From a virus (Duplodnaviria; Caudoviricetes), in the IMG/VR virus record IMGVR_UViG_3300046167_000724: a stretch of 64,000 nt of DNA; one strand, given 5' to 3'. A program made the position numbers and the translations under genes. Numbering within the stretch: position 1 is the first letter of the stretch; every line of letters begins with the position of its first letter. Under the pieces are notes generated by a model. The model had not been told where the DNA came from. It saw only the letters and a program-made list of their open reading frames with translations, and did no database searches. Positions 34,931 through 45,586 of this stretch are shown in pieces.

Positions 34931-36244
34931 ATGGAAAAGTTTGGAATAGAAAAAGAGTTAGATGGTATCAAGGTAAGCCTTGAGTCATTTGTTAATTTAG
35001 GGATATTAATACCTGCAATACCAGATTATGAAACTATTGTTGAGATTTATACTAATGAAGTTGTTGGTTTTAAATCAATAATGGTTGAATTAACTGATAA
35101 GTATAAAGAGAAGTATGGTGACGCATGGTCAGAAAAAGAGTCTGAAATTAAAGAGTTAATTGCTGCTGAAAAGAAAAAGACTATTGATTACTATATGAAT
35201 GAAGGTCGTCAATTTTTAGAAGGTCTACATAAAACATTAATTGAAGCTTTTAAAAAATTATTAAAAAAAATTAAAGAAGTTGCAACTGATGTTGTTAAAA
35301 AAGTAACTGAAGCGGTAATGCCCACTACAATTGGAATCGGTGCACCTAACCCATTAAGTATAATATTAAAATTATTTATAGCTATTACTGAAATTAAAAG
35401 ACAATTAGATGTTATAGCATTATTAGGTATTAAGCTTATTGATGTATTTAAGCAAATTGGTATTTTAGATTTAGTAGAAACTATGACTGGTAGTATTGTG
35501 GATTTCAAAAAAAGTATTGATGCTAAGAAGGCAGCGGCTGTAGCTACTGGATCAAAAATAAAAGAAATAGGTACCGGGTTAAACCCAGCAGAACTTAAAA
35601 ATAAACTTGATTGGACTAAAACCATAGACATGTCAACGCCGCTTGGTCAACAAATTACTGCGGTGAAGTCATTAGTAAACACAGTCAAAAGTTCTTCAGA
35701 TGTTGTTGAAAGTAACAACAAGGCTATTGCAAAATCTGAAGCTAAACTTAAAAAGAAACAACAAGCTATATTTAGTGCAAAATACTACGCGGACCAAAAA
35801 ATATTTACAATACCATGGCCGGCTGGTGGTACTGAAAAGCCTGGTAGTGCTGTAATGGAAATTGCAACTAAACGATATGATATTGCATTTACAGATTTCC
35901 CATTAAATGCGGTGCAGATATTACGATTAATTAATAAATCAAATGATATTGAAGTTATTAATGGTCAAGATAGTGATCGTGCATGGCGTGAATTAATTAT
36001 TGATTTTAATAATTATATGAATGGTTATAAAGAATGGGCTAAAACAGCCCGTGAATTTGAAGAAGATGAAAATGGTACAGTAATTTTAGTGTCGGGTAGT
36101 AAGGATAGTGAAAATACCGGGGGCGGTGAACCAGGTAATACTGGTAAAGGCCGTGCTCCTAGTAGTAATAACAAGGGTGGCGTTGGTACTGCTAATGATG
36201 GGAGTGGTGTTAAAACACCTGAGGAAGGTGATAATCCTAAATAA
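34931..36244 (+). CDS. Hypothetical helical virion-associated protein
   Basis: Long ORF directly after the spike gene; coiled-coil and hydrophobic helices. Confidence 0.6.
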   Translation: MEKFGIEKELDGIKVSLESFVNLGILIPAIPDYETIVEIYTNEVVGFKSIMVELTDKYKEKYGDAWSEKESEIKELIAAEKKKTIDYYMNEGRQFLEGLHKTLIEAFKKLLKKIKEVATDVVKKVTEAVMPTTIGIGAPNPLSIILKLFIAITEIKRQLDVIALLGIKLIDVFKQIGILDLVETMTGSIVDFKKSIDAKKAAAVATGSKIKEIGTGLNPAELKNKLDWTKTIDMSTPLGQQITAVKSLVNTVKSSSDVVESNNKAIAKSEAKLKKKQQAIFSAKYYADQKIFTIPWPAGGTEKPGSAVMEIATKRYDIAFTDFPLNAVQILRLINKSNDIEVINGQDSDRAWRELIIDFNNYMNGYKEWAKTAREFEEDENGTVILVSGSKDSENTGGGEPGNTGKGRAPSSNNKGGVGTANDGSGVKTPEEGDNPK

Positions 36245-36314
36245 ATTTAGTTAAAAAGAGGCCCAAAAAAATGGGTTATATAATGTATATTATTCACTTT
36301 CTAACTAAATAAAA

Positions 36315-37643
36315 ATGGAAAACAAAAAAAGAGAACGAATTGGTGCTAAAAAGGTAACCATCGCTCAAACAGAAGACGTACAATCTGTAGAAAATGTACA
36401 AGAAGAAGTAACGGTTAACGAAGATACACGTGGTGGTTTTATGCATGACGACTATGTTCTACCAAACGGCGAATTCGATTGGGACGGTTACGAGCATGCA
36501 TTCAGCCACAAGTTAAGACCTAATTACAAGGTTAAAACTGCAAGTCACAAACATATTGTTTATTCACAAGATGTTGAAGCACAAAATTATTACAACATGA
36601 TCGAATCAACTTCATTTGAAATTGATATGATTACATCACTGGTAGTAGACTCTTATCTTGAGGGTACATTACATTCAATGTCTACTAAATGGGCGACTGT
36701 TAATGTTAACTACCGTGAGATGCTTTACATTGACCTTGATAAAGAAGATGCTGATATCATTAAAGATTACAGACCTGGTGATTCAGTCACTGTAAAGGTA
36801 CTTAGTGATAAAACAGCAGCTCGTGAATATGCAACAGCTTCTATAACTGAAGGCGCTAGACAAGCAATCTTTAATGAGCTTAGACAGGCTACTGAAGATG
36901 GTAGTACTGCATTTATGGGTACTGTTAAATCTATGATTCCAGGTGGTGGTTATATCGTTAAGGTTCAAGGTATTGAATGTTTCATGCCGGGTTCACTTGC
37001 TGGTATTAATAAACTAGCTGATTTTGAATCAATTATTGGTAATGATATGTATGTTGTACCAGATTCATTCTCTGCAAATCGTGGAACTATTGTAGTGTCT
37101 CACAGAGCTTATTTACAAGCTATGATTCCAACGAGTATTGCAAAAATAGAAGAAGACTTTGATGCGGTACATAATGGGTTTGTAACTGGTACTGCTAAGT
37201 TTGGTGTGTTCTGTGAATTTGAAGGTTGTCTAACGGGTATGATTCACGTTAATGATCTAAGTCCAGAATGGGCTGCTAAGCATAAAGGTGGAGATATTAA
37301 CCCAGGCGATGCAATTGACTTTAAAGTTAAAGAGGTTGTTTCTAATAAAAAGATTATCTTAACTCAAGTTGAAAAACAAGAAGTTAAAGAAGATTTATCA
37401 TGGGAAGAGTTTACTAAAGACTTGCAAATTCCTAGTGTGGTTGAAGGTAAAATCCGTTCTGTAAAAGATTATGGTGTGTTTGTTGGACTACATGGTAGTG
37501 TAACTGGTATGGCACATGTGTCTGGATTTGAAAAAGGTATTTCATTAACTGAACGTTTTTCAAAAGGTGATGAGGTTGCTGTTGAGATTACAAAAATCGA
37601 TAACGACACTAAGAAAGTATTTTTAAAGGTGGTTGGAGCTTAG
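36315..37643 (+). CDS. rpsA: Ribosomal protein bS1 homologue (four S1 domains)
   Basis: S1 repeats (GGYIVKVQGIECFMPGS, KFGVFCEF..LTGMIHVNDLS, DYGVFVGL..VTGMAHVS); FDWDGYE resembles the Bacteroidota bS1 N-terminal motif. Confidence 0.85.
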   Translation: MENKKRERIGAKKVTIAQTEDVQSVENVQEEVTVNEDTRGGFMHDDYVLPNGEFDWDGYEHAFSHKLRPNYKVKTASHKHIVYSQDVEAQNYYNMIESTSFEIDMITSLVVDSYLEGTLHSMSTKWATVNVNYREMLYIDLDKEDADIIKDYRPGDSVTVKVLSDKTAAREYATASITEGARQAIFNELRQATEDGSTAFMGTVKSMIPGGGYIVKVQGIECFMPGSLAGINKLADFESIIGNDMYVVPDSFSANRGTIVVSHRAYLQAMIPTSIAKIEEDFDAVHNGFVTGTAKFGVFCEFEGCLTGMIHVNDLSPEWAAKHKGGDINPGDAIDFKVKEVVSNKKIILTQVEKQEVKEDLSWEEFTKDLQIPSVVEGKIRSVKDYGVFVGLHGSVTGMAHVSGFEKGISLTERFSKGDEVAVEITKIDNDTKKVFLKVVGA

Positions 37644-37701
37644 GTTCCAACCAACCTAAAATATATGGTGGATATATATTGAAACAAGATATGATCCTCC
37701 G

Positions 37702-39006
37702 ATGTTAAATCAACAAAATAAAGATGTATTATTAAACTCACAAATTGGGTTTGAGTTTGAATTCTATTCAAATACATCTGTAGAAGAGACTGCTAAATCG
37801 GTTGGGCAACTATTGGGTCGTAAGATTCAAGTAGAAACAAAAGCCCATTCCGATTTTCAGCCTTCTGATAAGGTCTTTAAAATGGAACCTGATATGTCAG
37901 GTGGTGCTGGTCTAATTGAATTAGTTACTGGACCCCTACCGTATACGGATGCTAGGCTTATTGCTATTAAAATGCTTAAGTGGATTGACGAAAATGGTTC
38001 AACAAATGACCGTTGTGGATTGCACTTAAATATCTCATTCCAAAATGGAACTTACGGTAAATACTTTATTACTCATATGAATACACTTAAGTTTGTATTA
38101 GAGTTTAAGGAAGACCAAGTATATAAATATTTCCCACAAAGAGAGGATTTAGTTTATGCTAAATCAATTAAGTACATCTTACCAAAGAATGGCTTATTTC
38201 ATTTTGATGAAAGGTCTGTTAATAAATCTCAATTTAATTATCCCAATACTAAATACTATGGTGTTAACTTCTTAAAGCAGGAGATGGGTTATTTAGAATT
38301 TAGATACCTTGGCGGTAAAGATTACCAAAAGCGTACTAATGATATTTTGCATTTAATGGATGGTTGGATTACACAATTACATAAAATTTGTAGTGAACCT
38401 GGGCTTAATGAGCTGAATAGATTAGAGTTAAGAAGAATTATGCGTGAGATGGGTCCTGTAATAAGCCTGTATCGCGACCACAGGAACTTTAAAAAGTTTC
38501 AAGACATAACCTTTACATTTGACCTAAGCGAGGATGGTGGCAATCGAGGTGAGACTATTGACATGTATTGGGATCAAATAAAAGATAGAGTTATTAAACT
38601 CATTTCCGAAGGTGGTTTAGTTAAGGGTCATATCAACTACGATACTGATAGGTCTAAGGTTCAAATTAAAGATGGTGTATTTAAAGGTGCACATGATTTA
38701 GAACATTACGAAATGGTTAACTGTGAAATTGCGGGCGAAGTTAGGTACAGTGATCTTTATAACTGCAAAATTAAAGGGTCTGACCTTGAAGGTTGTAACT
38801 TATATCAAGGTACTAAATTAACTGATTCAAAAATTAAATCATCATACGTACACCAAAGCTGTGAGGCAAAAGATTCATATGTGTTTGGTAGAGATGGTGT
38901 ATTTAAGGGTAAAATGATAGGTGGTATTTTTAGAGAAGGTAATTATTCTGAAAGCACTGCTAAATTTGATGGTACTGAAATTGTACAGTCAACAAAAATA
39001 AAATAA
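37702..39006 (+). CDS. Putative amidoligase (COOH-NH2 ligase type 2) with C-terminal beta-helix-like repeats
   Basis: IGFEFEF, IELVTGP, RCGLHLNIS, KYYGVN, YLEFRYLGG; C-terminal NCEIAG/NCKIKG/GCNLYQ/DSKIKS repeats. Confidence 0.75.
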   Translation: MLNQQNKDVLLNSQIGFEFEFYSNTSVEETAKSVGQLLGRKIQVETKAHSDFQPSDKVFKMEPDMSGGAGLIELVTGPLPYTDARLIAIKMLKWIDENGSTNDRCGLHLNISFQNGTYGKYFITHMNTLKFVLEFKEDQVYKYFPQREDLVYAKSIKYILPKNGLFHFDERSVNKSQFNYPNTKYYGVNFLKQEMGYLEFRYLGGKDYQKRTNDILHLMDGWITQLHKICSEPGLNELNRLELRRIMREMGPVISLYRDHRNFKKFQDITFTFDLSEDGGNRGETIDMYWDQIKDRVIKLISEGGLVKGHINYDTDRSKVQIKDGVFKGAHDLEHYEMVNCEIAGEVRYSDLYNCKIKGSDLEGCNLYQGTKLTDSKIKSSYVHQSCEAKDSYVFGRDGVFKGKMIGGIFREGNYSESTAKFDGTEIVQSTKIK

Positions 39007-39010
39007 TAAA

Positions 39011-39868
39011 ATGAGTGATATTTTTACAGGTAATCTTGATGATCTAACAACACCACCGGAATATGACATAAATTGTTGGAACGACTTTATAAACGAAATC
39101 GGATCACATGTTACGGGTGCTTGTATGATTCCAATGAATCTACCACAGTCGGAGGTTATCAATATTATTAAAAGAGCAAAAAAATGGTTTTATAAAAACT
39201 ATGAATACTCTGTAGTTGAAAACTTTTTATACATTCCAAATGAAGTATTTAGTACTGAACAATTTAAAAAAAGGAGAGCTTTAACTTTACCCGATGGTAA
39301 AATTACTTTACCAGGTGGTGCCGTAGTGTCAACTGACGGCGGTGAAGTATTCTCAGTATACGGTGTATTTGAAGCTGGTGCTGGTGGATTTGGTACTTCA
39401 ATTACTTTTCAAGAGGGTGATTTTGATATGGAAAGAATGTTGTACGGTCAAATGTCCACGGGCGGCTCACAAGTTGCTAAGGGTATGGAAAACCTACAGT
39501 ATTACGTTGTTAATCAAAGTGCTTTAGAATTAACTAAACAAATTTTAGATAATCCTATTTCATTTCACTACTCTCAATTAACACATGAAATTAAATTTAC
39601 TGGACAAACACCTAGAAAAGATGTGTTCTTAGAAATATATGAAACTATTCCAGACTGTGCTTTATTTAATGATGAGATATTCTTTAGATATGTTGCGGCG
39701 AAGGTAATGATTTCACTAGGACAAAAATTAGCAATATTTGGTTATAACCTACCAGGTGACGTTACGATTAATGCTGACATTATTCAAGGTATGGGTACTG
39801 ATGAATTAGATAAAGTTATTGAAGAAATTAAATCAGACGAAGGTACTGATTGGATGATGCATTCATAA
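39011..39868 (+). CDS. Neck protein gp13-like
   Basis: C-terminal FFRYVAAKVMISLGQKLAIFGYNLPGDVTINADII...ELDKVIEEI matches the gp13 pattern. Confidence 0.7.
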   Translation: MSDIFTGNLDDLTTPPEYDINCWNDFINEIGSHVTGACMIPMNLPQSEVINIIKRAKKWFYKNYEYSVVENFLYIPNEVFSTEQFKKRRALTLPDGKITLPGGAVVSTDGGEVFSVYGVFEAGAGGFGTSITFQEGDFDMERMLYGQMSTGGSQVAKGMENLQYYVVNQSALELTKQILDNPISFHYSQLTHEIKFTGQTPRKDVFLEIYETIPDCALFNDEIFFRYVAAKVMISLGQKLAIFGYNLPGDVTINADIIQGMGTDELDKVIEEIKSDEGTDWMMHS

Positions 39869-39888
39869 GTTAGATATATAATATTACT

Positions 39889-40245
39889 ATGGATTTTTAC
39901 GTTAAAGCACCGGGTGACCCAAATTATGACCCATATAAGATACATTCTGAGAGTGAAGTTGCTCAGTTGATAGGTCAAATTGAAACAACATTATTCACAA
40001 ATAGAGGTGATGTGTTAGGTGACCCTAATTTTGGTGTTAGTTTAGAAGACTTAGTGTATTCACTGGGTTATACTGAAGAGCAAATCCAAAAGATTATATA
40101 CGACCAGTTTGATGCATACATCCCATTGGCACAAAAATATGATGTTAAAATTACAGTAGCCTTTTATAAAGGAGACGTTAGAGACATCGCACAAATTGAC
40201 ATTACAATTGATTCTAAATATCAAGTTGGTGTTTACATAAATTAA
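39889..40245 (+). CDS. Baseplate wedge gp25-like
   Basis: TLFTNRGDVLGDPNFGVSLEDLVY. Confidence 0.8.
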   Translation: MDFYVKAPGDPNYDPYKIHSESEVAQLIGQIETTLFTNRGDVLGDPNFGVSLEDLVYSLGYTEEQIQKIIYDQFDAYIPLAQKYDVKITVAFYKGDVRDIAQIDITIDSKYQVGVYIN

Positions 40246-40256
40246 GGAACCTAATA

Positions 40257-42086
40257 ATGGCTGAATTTAAATTTTTACAAGCTGCTAGAATTAAAGCGTC
40301 GCAAATCAAAATTGATGCGCAGAAATACATTAGTAGAGTTTATGGTAGGGCTGGTAATTTATTTACGGCTGCTTCGCCATTTGCACAAATCATTCAAGTA
40401 ATGTCGGAACTTACTGAAATGATTTTCTATTATGTTGAAGATGCTACAGTTGAGCAAAACATAATGACCGCACAACAGCCTGAATCAATTTATGGTTTAG
40501 CAAGACTTACGGGTCATGACCCTTCAAGAGGTCTTTCGGCTATTGGTGAAATTGAAGTAAGATGGAAACCAGGTGCTCAAAATGAGATTGCGGGTAGTGC
40601 ACTTTATATAAATGCAAATAGTCAAATCCGTTCAGACTTGAATGGACTTCCTTATTTATTACGTACATCTAATGACATTATAACATTAAGCTCTTCTGAT
40701 TTTAACTATATTAAAATTCCAATTATACAAGGTACTTTAGAGTCACAAACGCTTACTGGAACTGGAGAAGCTTTTCAGACTTTTAATATTCAAACTGGTG
40801 GTACAACAGCACATGATGAAATTACAGTAGCCGTAAATGGTGAAGCTTGGACTAAATACGATTCATTATATGATATGAACGGTAACACTAAAGGAGTGGT
40901 TGTTAAAACTGGTATTCTTGGTGGTATTGATTTATTCTTTGGTAATGGTAATTTTGGAATGATACCAGGTAATGGTACTATCATTACTGTTGATTATATT
41001 AAGAATAAGGGTGCGGCTGGTAACTTGGGTGAATCTAAAGATGTTACTTTTAGTTTTGTTGATAAAGGATTTGATGGTCAGTCAAACGAATATAACCTTA
41101 ATGATTTTATTGAAATTAAAGTTACTTCATCTCCAAAGTTAGGTGCAAATCAAGAAAGTATTGAGTTTACTAGAATGATAGCACCATTACAATCTAAATC
41201 ATTTGTGTTAGCAACACCTGATAATTACTTACACTTCATGTCTAAGTTTAACATGTTCTCACACATTGAAGCTTATAATACATCTGAAGACCAATACTTA
41301 GATGATGATAACGTTATTTATATGTTCTTATTACCAGATGTTTCTAAAAAATTATCGTCGGCTGAAGATTACTTTTCAGTTTCACCTGAAGAATTTATAT
41401 TCTCTCAAGATGAATTAAATGCATTTAAAACAGCTATTGAAAACTCAGGTCAACAAATGGTAACTTCTGAAGTTTCTTTTGTTGAGCCAAAGCAAAGACT
41501 TTATTCAATGAATATTTCAGTTAGACATTTTGAAGGTTTTGACGAAGTACAATTAATGAATAATATTAGAGCAAAGATATCTGAATATCTTCTTAAGATT
41601 ACAAGAAGAGATAGACTACCTAAATCTGATATTGTTGCAATCATAGAAAACATTGATGGTATCGATTCCGTGAACGTGCAGTTCCTATCAAAGTCTCAAG
41701 AGGATGCTCTTAGAGATGGGTCATACACAGTTACACAGACTACCATCACCCCACAAACCCCAGTACTTGAGGACATTGGTAACGGTAAAAACCGTATGAT
41801 GTTCTTTAAGAAAACGGTCACATCTAAAACGGTTACATTTGATAAAGCTGATGGAATACCTGTCGATGTTAGAGAACAGGTTACAGGTCTTGATGCATAT
41901 GGTGATATTATTTTAGGCAAAGAAGAAATGGCTTTATTTAGAGGAGGTTGGTCTGACAGAACTGGTGGTATCGTTGCAGATGAACCAAAAATTGGTCAAA
42001 TGGCGTCTTTATCAGTTGCATTCTCACCACCTGTACCTAGAACTGTTTATACTAAATTACAAGCAGCAAACAGAAAAGCAATATAA
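40257..42086 (+). CDS. Baseplate wedge gp6-like
   Basis: LARLTGH, GANQESIE, VLATPDNY and VSFVEP motifs; follows the gp25-like gene. Confidence 0.7.
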   Translation: MAEFKFLQAARIKASQIKIDAQKYISRVYGRAGNLFTAASPFAQIIQVMSELTEMIFYYVEDATVEQNIMTAQQPESIYGLARLTGHDPSRGLSAIGEIEVRWKPGAQNEIAGSALYINANSQIRSDLNGLPYLLRTSNDIITLSSSDFNYIKIPIIQGTLESQTLTGTGEAFQTFNIQTGGTTAHDEITVAVNGEAWTKYDSLYDMNGNTKGVVVKTGILGGIDLFFGNGNFGMIPGNGTIITVDYIKNKGAAGNLGESKDVTFSFVDKGFDGQSNEYNLNDFIEIKVTSSPKLGANQESIEFTRMIAPLQSKSFVLATPDNYLHFMSKFNMFSHIEAYNTSEDQYLDDDNVIYMFLLPDVSKKLSSAEDYFSVSPEEFIFSQDELNAFKTAIENSGQQMVTSEVSFVEPKQRLYSMNISVRHFEGFDEVQLMNNIRAKISEYLLKITRRDRLPKSDIVAIIENIDGIDSVNVQFLSKSQEDALRDGSYTVTQTTITPQTPVLEDIGNGKNRMMFFKKTVTSKTVTFDKADGIPVDVREQVTGLDAYGDIILGKEEMALFRGGWSDRTGGIVADEPKIGQMASLSVAFSPPVPRTVYTKLQAANRKAI

Positions 42087-42355
42087 TGGGTTTATTTGAC
42101 GGTTTATATAAGTATAAAATACAAAAGAAATATGATTTAGTAAAGTCGATGAACGACAAAAAACTAAATCAAGGGCGTGATTATTCAACTGATTTGTTGA
42201 AGAATTCATTATCTAAACATATTCAAAGAAACTCAACACTGAATACGTTTATTGAATTTATACAAGATGCATTTGTTGAAAATGTAAAAACGGTTTCTAA
42301 ACTTAAAGTATGGAAAGCGTTTAGTGTTGATAAGGATAACTGGAGAATTAAATAA
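42086..42355 (+). CDS. Small baseplate-associated protein
   Basis: Translationally coupled between wedge genes. Confidence 0.55.
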   Translation: MGLFDGLYKYKIQKKYDLVKSMNDKKLNQGRDYSTDLLKNSLSKHIQRNSTLNTFIEFIQDAFVENVKTVSKLKVWKAFSVDKDNWRIK

Positions 42356-45027
42356 TGAAATACGCAGGTCTTAGATTTTTTAATGGTAACAAGTCGGAGA
42401 TTCAATTAGATTACGATGTAACTAATGAAATCTACACAGGGTCACTTCACTTAGATGAGGTGTCTACTGGTTTATATGAGACTGCTACAATCTTTTTATT
42501 AGAAGAAGCTATTAATCAATATGGTGCACCTATAATGGTTAAGCCTATTGCTAATACTGTAGGTTCTATGTTTAAGGTTGAATTTGTTAAAGACGATATG
42601 TCTTCAAATGATATCAATTTACTTAGTGCTTCAATGGAAGCTGACGGTGAAATTTATGTTAGTAAAGAAGATAATCTTTTATTGGACCTTGAATCTAATG
42701 CTGTAATTACATCAACAACTGATGGTATTCACACGGTTACAGGTGCCGCTTCTAAAGAGGCCGTTCAATTTACTATAGCATTACACTCTGATGTAGATGC
42801 AGGTCATTACAGGTACCTTAAAATATACGATGTAGCTAATAATCATGTAGTTGCAAATATTTATGTATACGGTGAGACGGTTGGTGAAGATGAAAGACTT
42901 GGTGTATTACTTTCTAACTTAGGTGCAACACTTTCTAGTAAAGACCAAAGCATTTTTAAAGAGCATGATATCAATGAGGTTGGTACTGATTGGAAACTTA
43001 TGAATAGAAAGCGTAAAGAGCTTTTACTTGAGTTGTCTAATATCAAACCATTCATTGGAACTTATAAAGCAATTATTAATGCAATTAAATTCTTTGGTTA
43101 TAACAATATTACTATTAAAGAATATTGGTTAATGATTGATGATCGTTCACCCATGTTTGGTAAAATGAAAGCTATTGAGGTACCAAGTTCTAAAAAAGGA
43201 TTTGTAAGTAAAAGAGCTAATGTTGCATTACCTTCATCTTCATATAAGAAAACATCTAGGTTTGGTTTATACTATAAGTTAAATACACCAACTGGTACAT
43301 TTGACGAATGGGACGAACCCGAGACTGAAGAAGTATTTGATTTTACACCTGAGGATGTCTTAATTAAATTATATGGCCTTAAGAATAAATTACAAAAAGA
43401 GTACTTACCACTACACGCTAGAATTGTTGATATTATTGGAGAGGGTGATTTCTTCTCTTCTTACAATACAAACTTTTGGAACAATCAAAATCCAATTACG
43501 GAAATTGTAGCAGGTATAGATGCTTCTATTAAAATTGAACAGGATAATCTTTTTATCGAAGATTTAACTAAAGTTTCAGATTTATTTACAGGACCATCAC
43601 AAGACTTTTCTACTTTATCAATTGCTGATAAAGAGACATTATATAATGAGGTAACTGCGTTCTATGAAGATTATTATAATTCTGATAGAAGTACGTTTTC
43701 ATCTGACAATACTGATGTTGTTATTGGTGCACCCGTTCAATTAGAATGTACATCATTCCTTGAAACTTGGGACGATGCTACATTTACTTGGGACGACGCA
43801 GGTACATCTATTAATTGGTTAAACTGGTGGAAGCAAAACATTTATGAACTTAAATGGTACATTACAGGTCCACGTAACTATTCACAGACAATTATAGGTG
43901 ATGTTGATGACTATAGAAAGATTGTAGTTGCATTACCTTATAGTGGAACATACAGTGTTGTGTTTGAGCAAATTGATTTATTTAATAATGTAATGACTGT
44001 TCGCGAACTTGATTCAATTGAAGTTAAAATGAAATCAGTTGAAGTATACGGCGTGTATAGATGGAAAGATCAAAACACATATAACTGGGGTAAATCAAAC
44101 TTTAAATGGGCAAATGCAGGTGGTGATTGGAATTTCCCACAACAAAACGAAGATACAGTTGAAGACGAAATTGCATCACTATACTTATCACTTGATAGGG
44201 CTAATTATTTACATGATGATTCTAAAGGTATAAACTTTTCAATGGTTAGAAGATTTAAAGATACTACAACGTCTACTGGTTTTAATGAAACTACAGGTCC
44301 TTATTTTTGGAGAAACTTAAAAGACCACACTTGGAATGATGGTAAGCACACGTGGTGGGACGCTACAGTTGTAGGTGCCGATCAAAGTGCATCATTTAAA
44401 ATATTAAAAGCTAGAGGTGGTGCAACATTAAACATTGTACATTTTGATTACAATACAAATACTGAATTGACGGGTCAACATATCATGCAACAAGTGATTA
44501 ATGACCCATTAGATTTACAATCTTGGATTGATGTCGCGGCTAATTTAAATAACTCAACAGACCCTGTAATTAGTAAGTTTAATTACAACCCTATATTTGT
44601 AGATATAAATAATAATGGTATTGAAGATGAATGTCATGGTATTTTAGCCGTCGGTAAAGGTTATTCATATACATATGATTTTAAAACTGTTGGATTTTTA
44701 AATCCAACGGATGGTATTATTGATGGTGAATTACATTATATGCCTAATAATCCAACATATAACGATTTAAGAATTGCCGTTGACCATGTTGATATTGAAT
44801 TGTTAACACATATGACATTTTCAGCTGATAAGTCTAGAATGCCAGGTAAGTTATCTTATAATTGGAAACTTACAAACAACAGCCAAAATGGCGACGATAT
44901 ATACTACAATAGTAAGTGGTTAACATACCTCTTTAATATAAAGGGTGATTACACTCTTGAGCTTGAGGTCCAAGATGTTAACGGTAATACTAATAAGATA
45001 ACTAAAAACGCTTTAACAATTAAATAA
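42355..45027 (+). CDS. Large baseplate wedge protein (gp7-like position) with PKD-like domains
   Basis: GTYKAIINAIKFFGY and LKNKLQKEYLPLHARIVDI wedge motifs; C-terminal YTLELEVQDVNG. Confidence 0.55.
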   Translation: MKYAGLRFFNGNKSEIQLDYDVTNEIYTGSLHLDEVSTGLYETATIFLLEEAINQYGAPIMVKPIANTVGSMFKVEFVKDDMSSNDINLLSASMEADGEIYVSKEDNLLLDLESNAVITSTTDGIHTVTGAASKEAVQFTIALHSDVDAGHYRYLKIYDVANNHVVANIYVYGETVGEDERLGVLLSNLGATLSSKDQSIFKEHDINEVGTDWKLMNRKRKELLLELSNIKPFIGTYKAIINAIKFFGYNNITIKEYWLMIDDRSPMFGKMKAIEVPSSKKGFVSKRANVALPSSSYKKTSRFGLYYKLNTPTGTFDEWDEPETEEVFDFTPEDVLIKLYGLKNKLQKEYLPLHARIVDIIGEGDFFSSYNTNFWNNQNPITEIVAGIDASIKIEQDNLFIEDLTKVSDLFTGPSQDFSTLSIADKETLYNEVTAFYEDYYNSDRSTFSSDNTDVVIGAPVQLECTSFLETWDDATFTWDDAGTSINWLNWWKQNIYELKWYITGPRNYSQTIIGDVDDYRKIVVALPYSGTYSVVFEQIDLFNNVMTVRELDSIEVKMKSVEVYGVYRWKDQNTYNWGKSNFKWANAGGDWNFPQQNEDTVEDEIASLYLSLDRANYLHDDSKGINFSMVRRFKDTTTSTGFNETTGPYFWRNLKDHTWNDGKHTWWDATVVGADQSASFKILKARGGATLNIVHFDYNTNTELTGQHIMQQVINDPLDLQSWIDVAANLNNSTDPVISKFNYNPIFVDINNNGIEDECHGILAVGKGYSYTYDFKTVGFLNPTDGIIDGELHYMPNNPTYNDLRIAVDHVDIELLTHMTFSADKSRMPGKLSYNWKLTNNSQNGDDIYYNSKWLTYLFNIKGDYTLELEVQDVNGNTNKITKNALTIK

Positions 45028-45038
45028 AAACATAAAAA

Positions 45039-45566
45039 ATGGCAACCATTACAACAATTCAAGGTACGGACAGCCTTTCTGCTTCTAGACAAACACTTAA
45101 TGACAACTTTTCAGCTATTGCAACTGATCTGAATGACATTGATGCTTTATTAAGTATTAACAATAGTACACTAGATGTAACGTCTGCGACTATTGCTTCT
45201 GCAACTATTGGTGGTAGTACTATTGCAACAACCGGTAATATTTTTGTAGCTAATTCTCAATTTGATGGCAAAGTAACGCTTAACGGCGGTATTGTGTATG
45301 ATACTGAAACGGTACTTACACTTCCTAGTGCCCTTGGATGGAATTCTACAACATATATGGTACAAGCTGCTAATGCTACTTTAAGCGCGGCAACTGATGG
45401 TCAAGAGATTACGCTAATTGCTGATTTTGCTGGAACTGTTACCGTAGATGCTACTATGGTTGCGGGTGCATCATCTATTGATCTTGCACAGTACGGTACA
45501 CTAACACTTAGATATGTAGGGACTAGCTGGTATATTATCGGTTCATTCCTAGCGACTATTGCATAA
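45039..45566 (+). CDS. Fibre/baseplate protein with gp9/gp10-type N-terminal motif
   Basis: TDSLSASRQTLNDNF N-terminus. Confidence 0.5.
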   Translation: MATITTIQGTDSLSASRQTLNDNFSAIATDLNDIDALLSINNSTLDVTSATIASATIGGSTIATTGNIFVANSQFDGKVTLNGGIVYDTETVLTLPSALGWNSTTYMVQAANATLSAATDGQEITLIADFAGTVTVDATMVAGASSIDLAQYGTLTLRYVGTSWYIIGSFLATIA

Positions 45567-45586
45567 TAAAAAGATTTAAAGATTAA

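Noticed and set aside
34931-36244. Calling this the tape measure protein
   Set aside because: It is short for a large myovirus tail and I see no diagnostic repeats; left as hypothetical.
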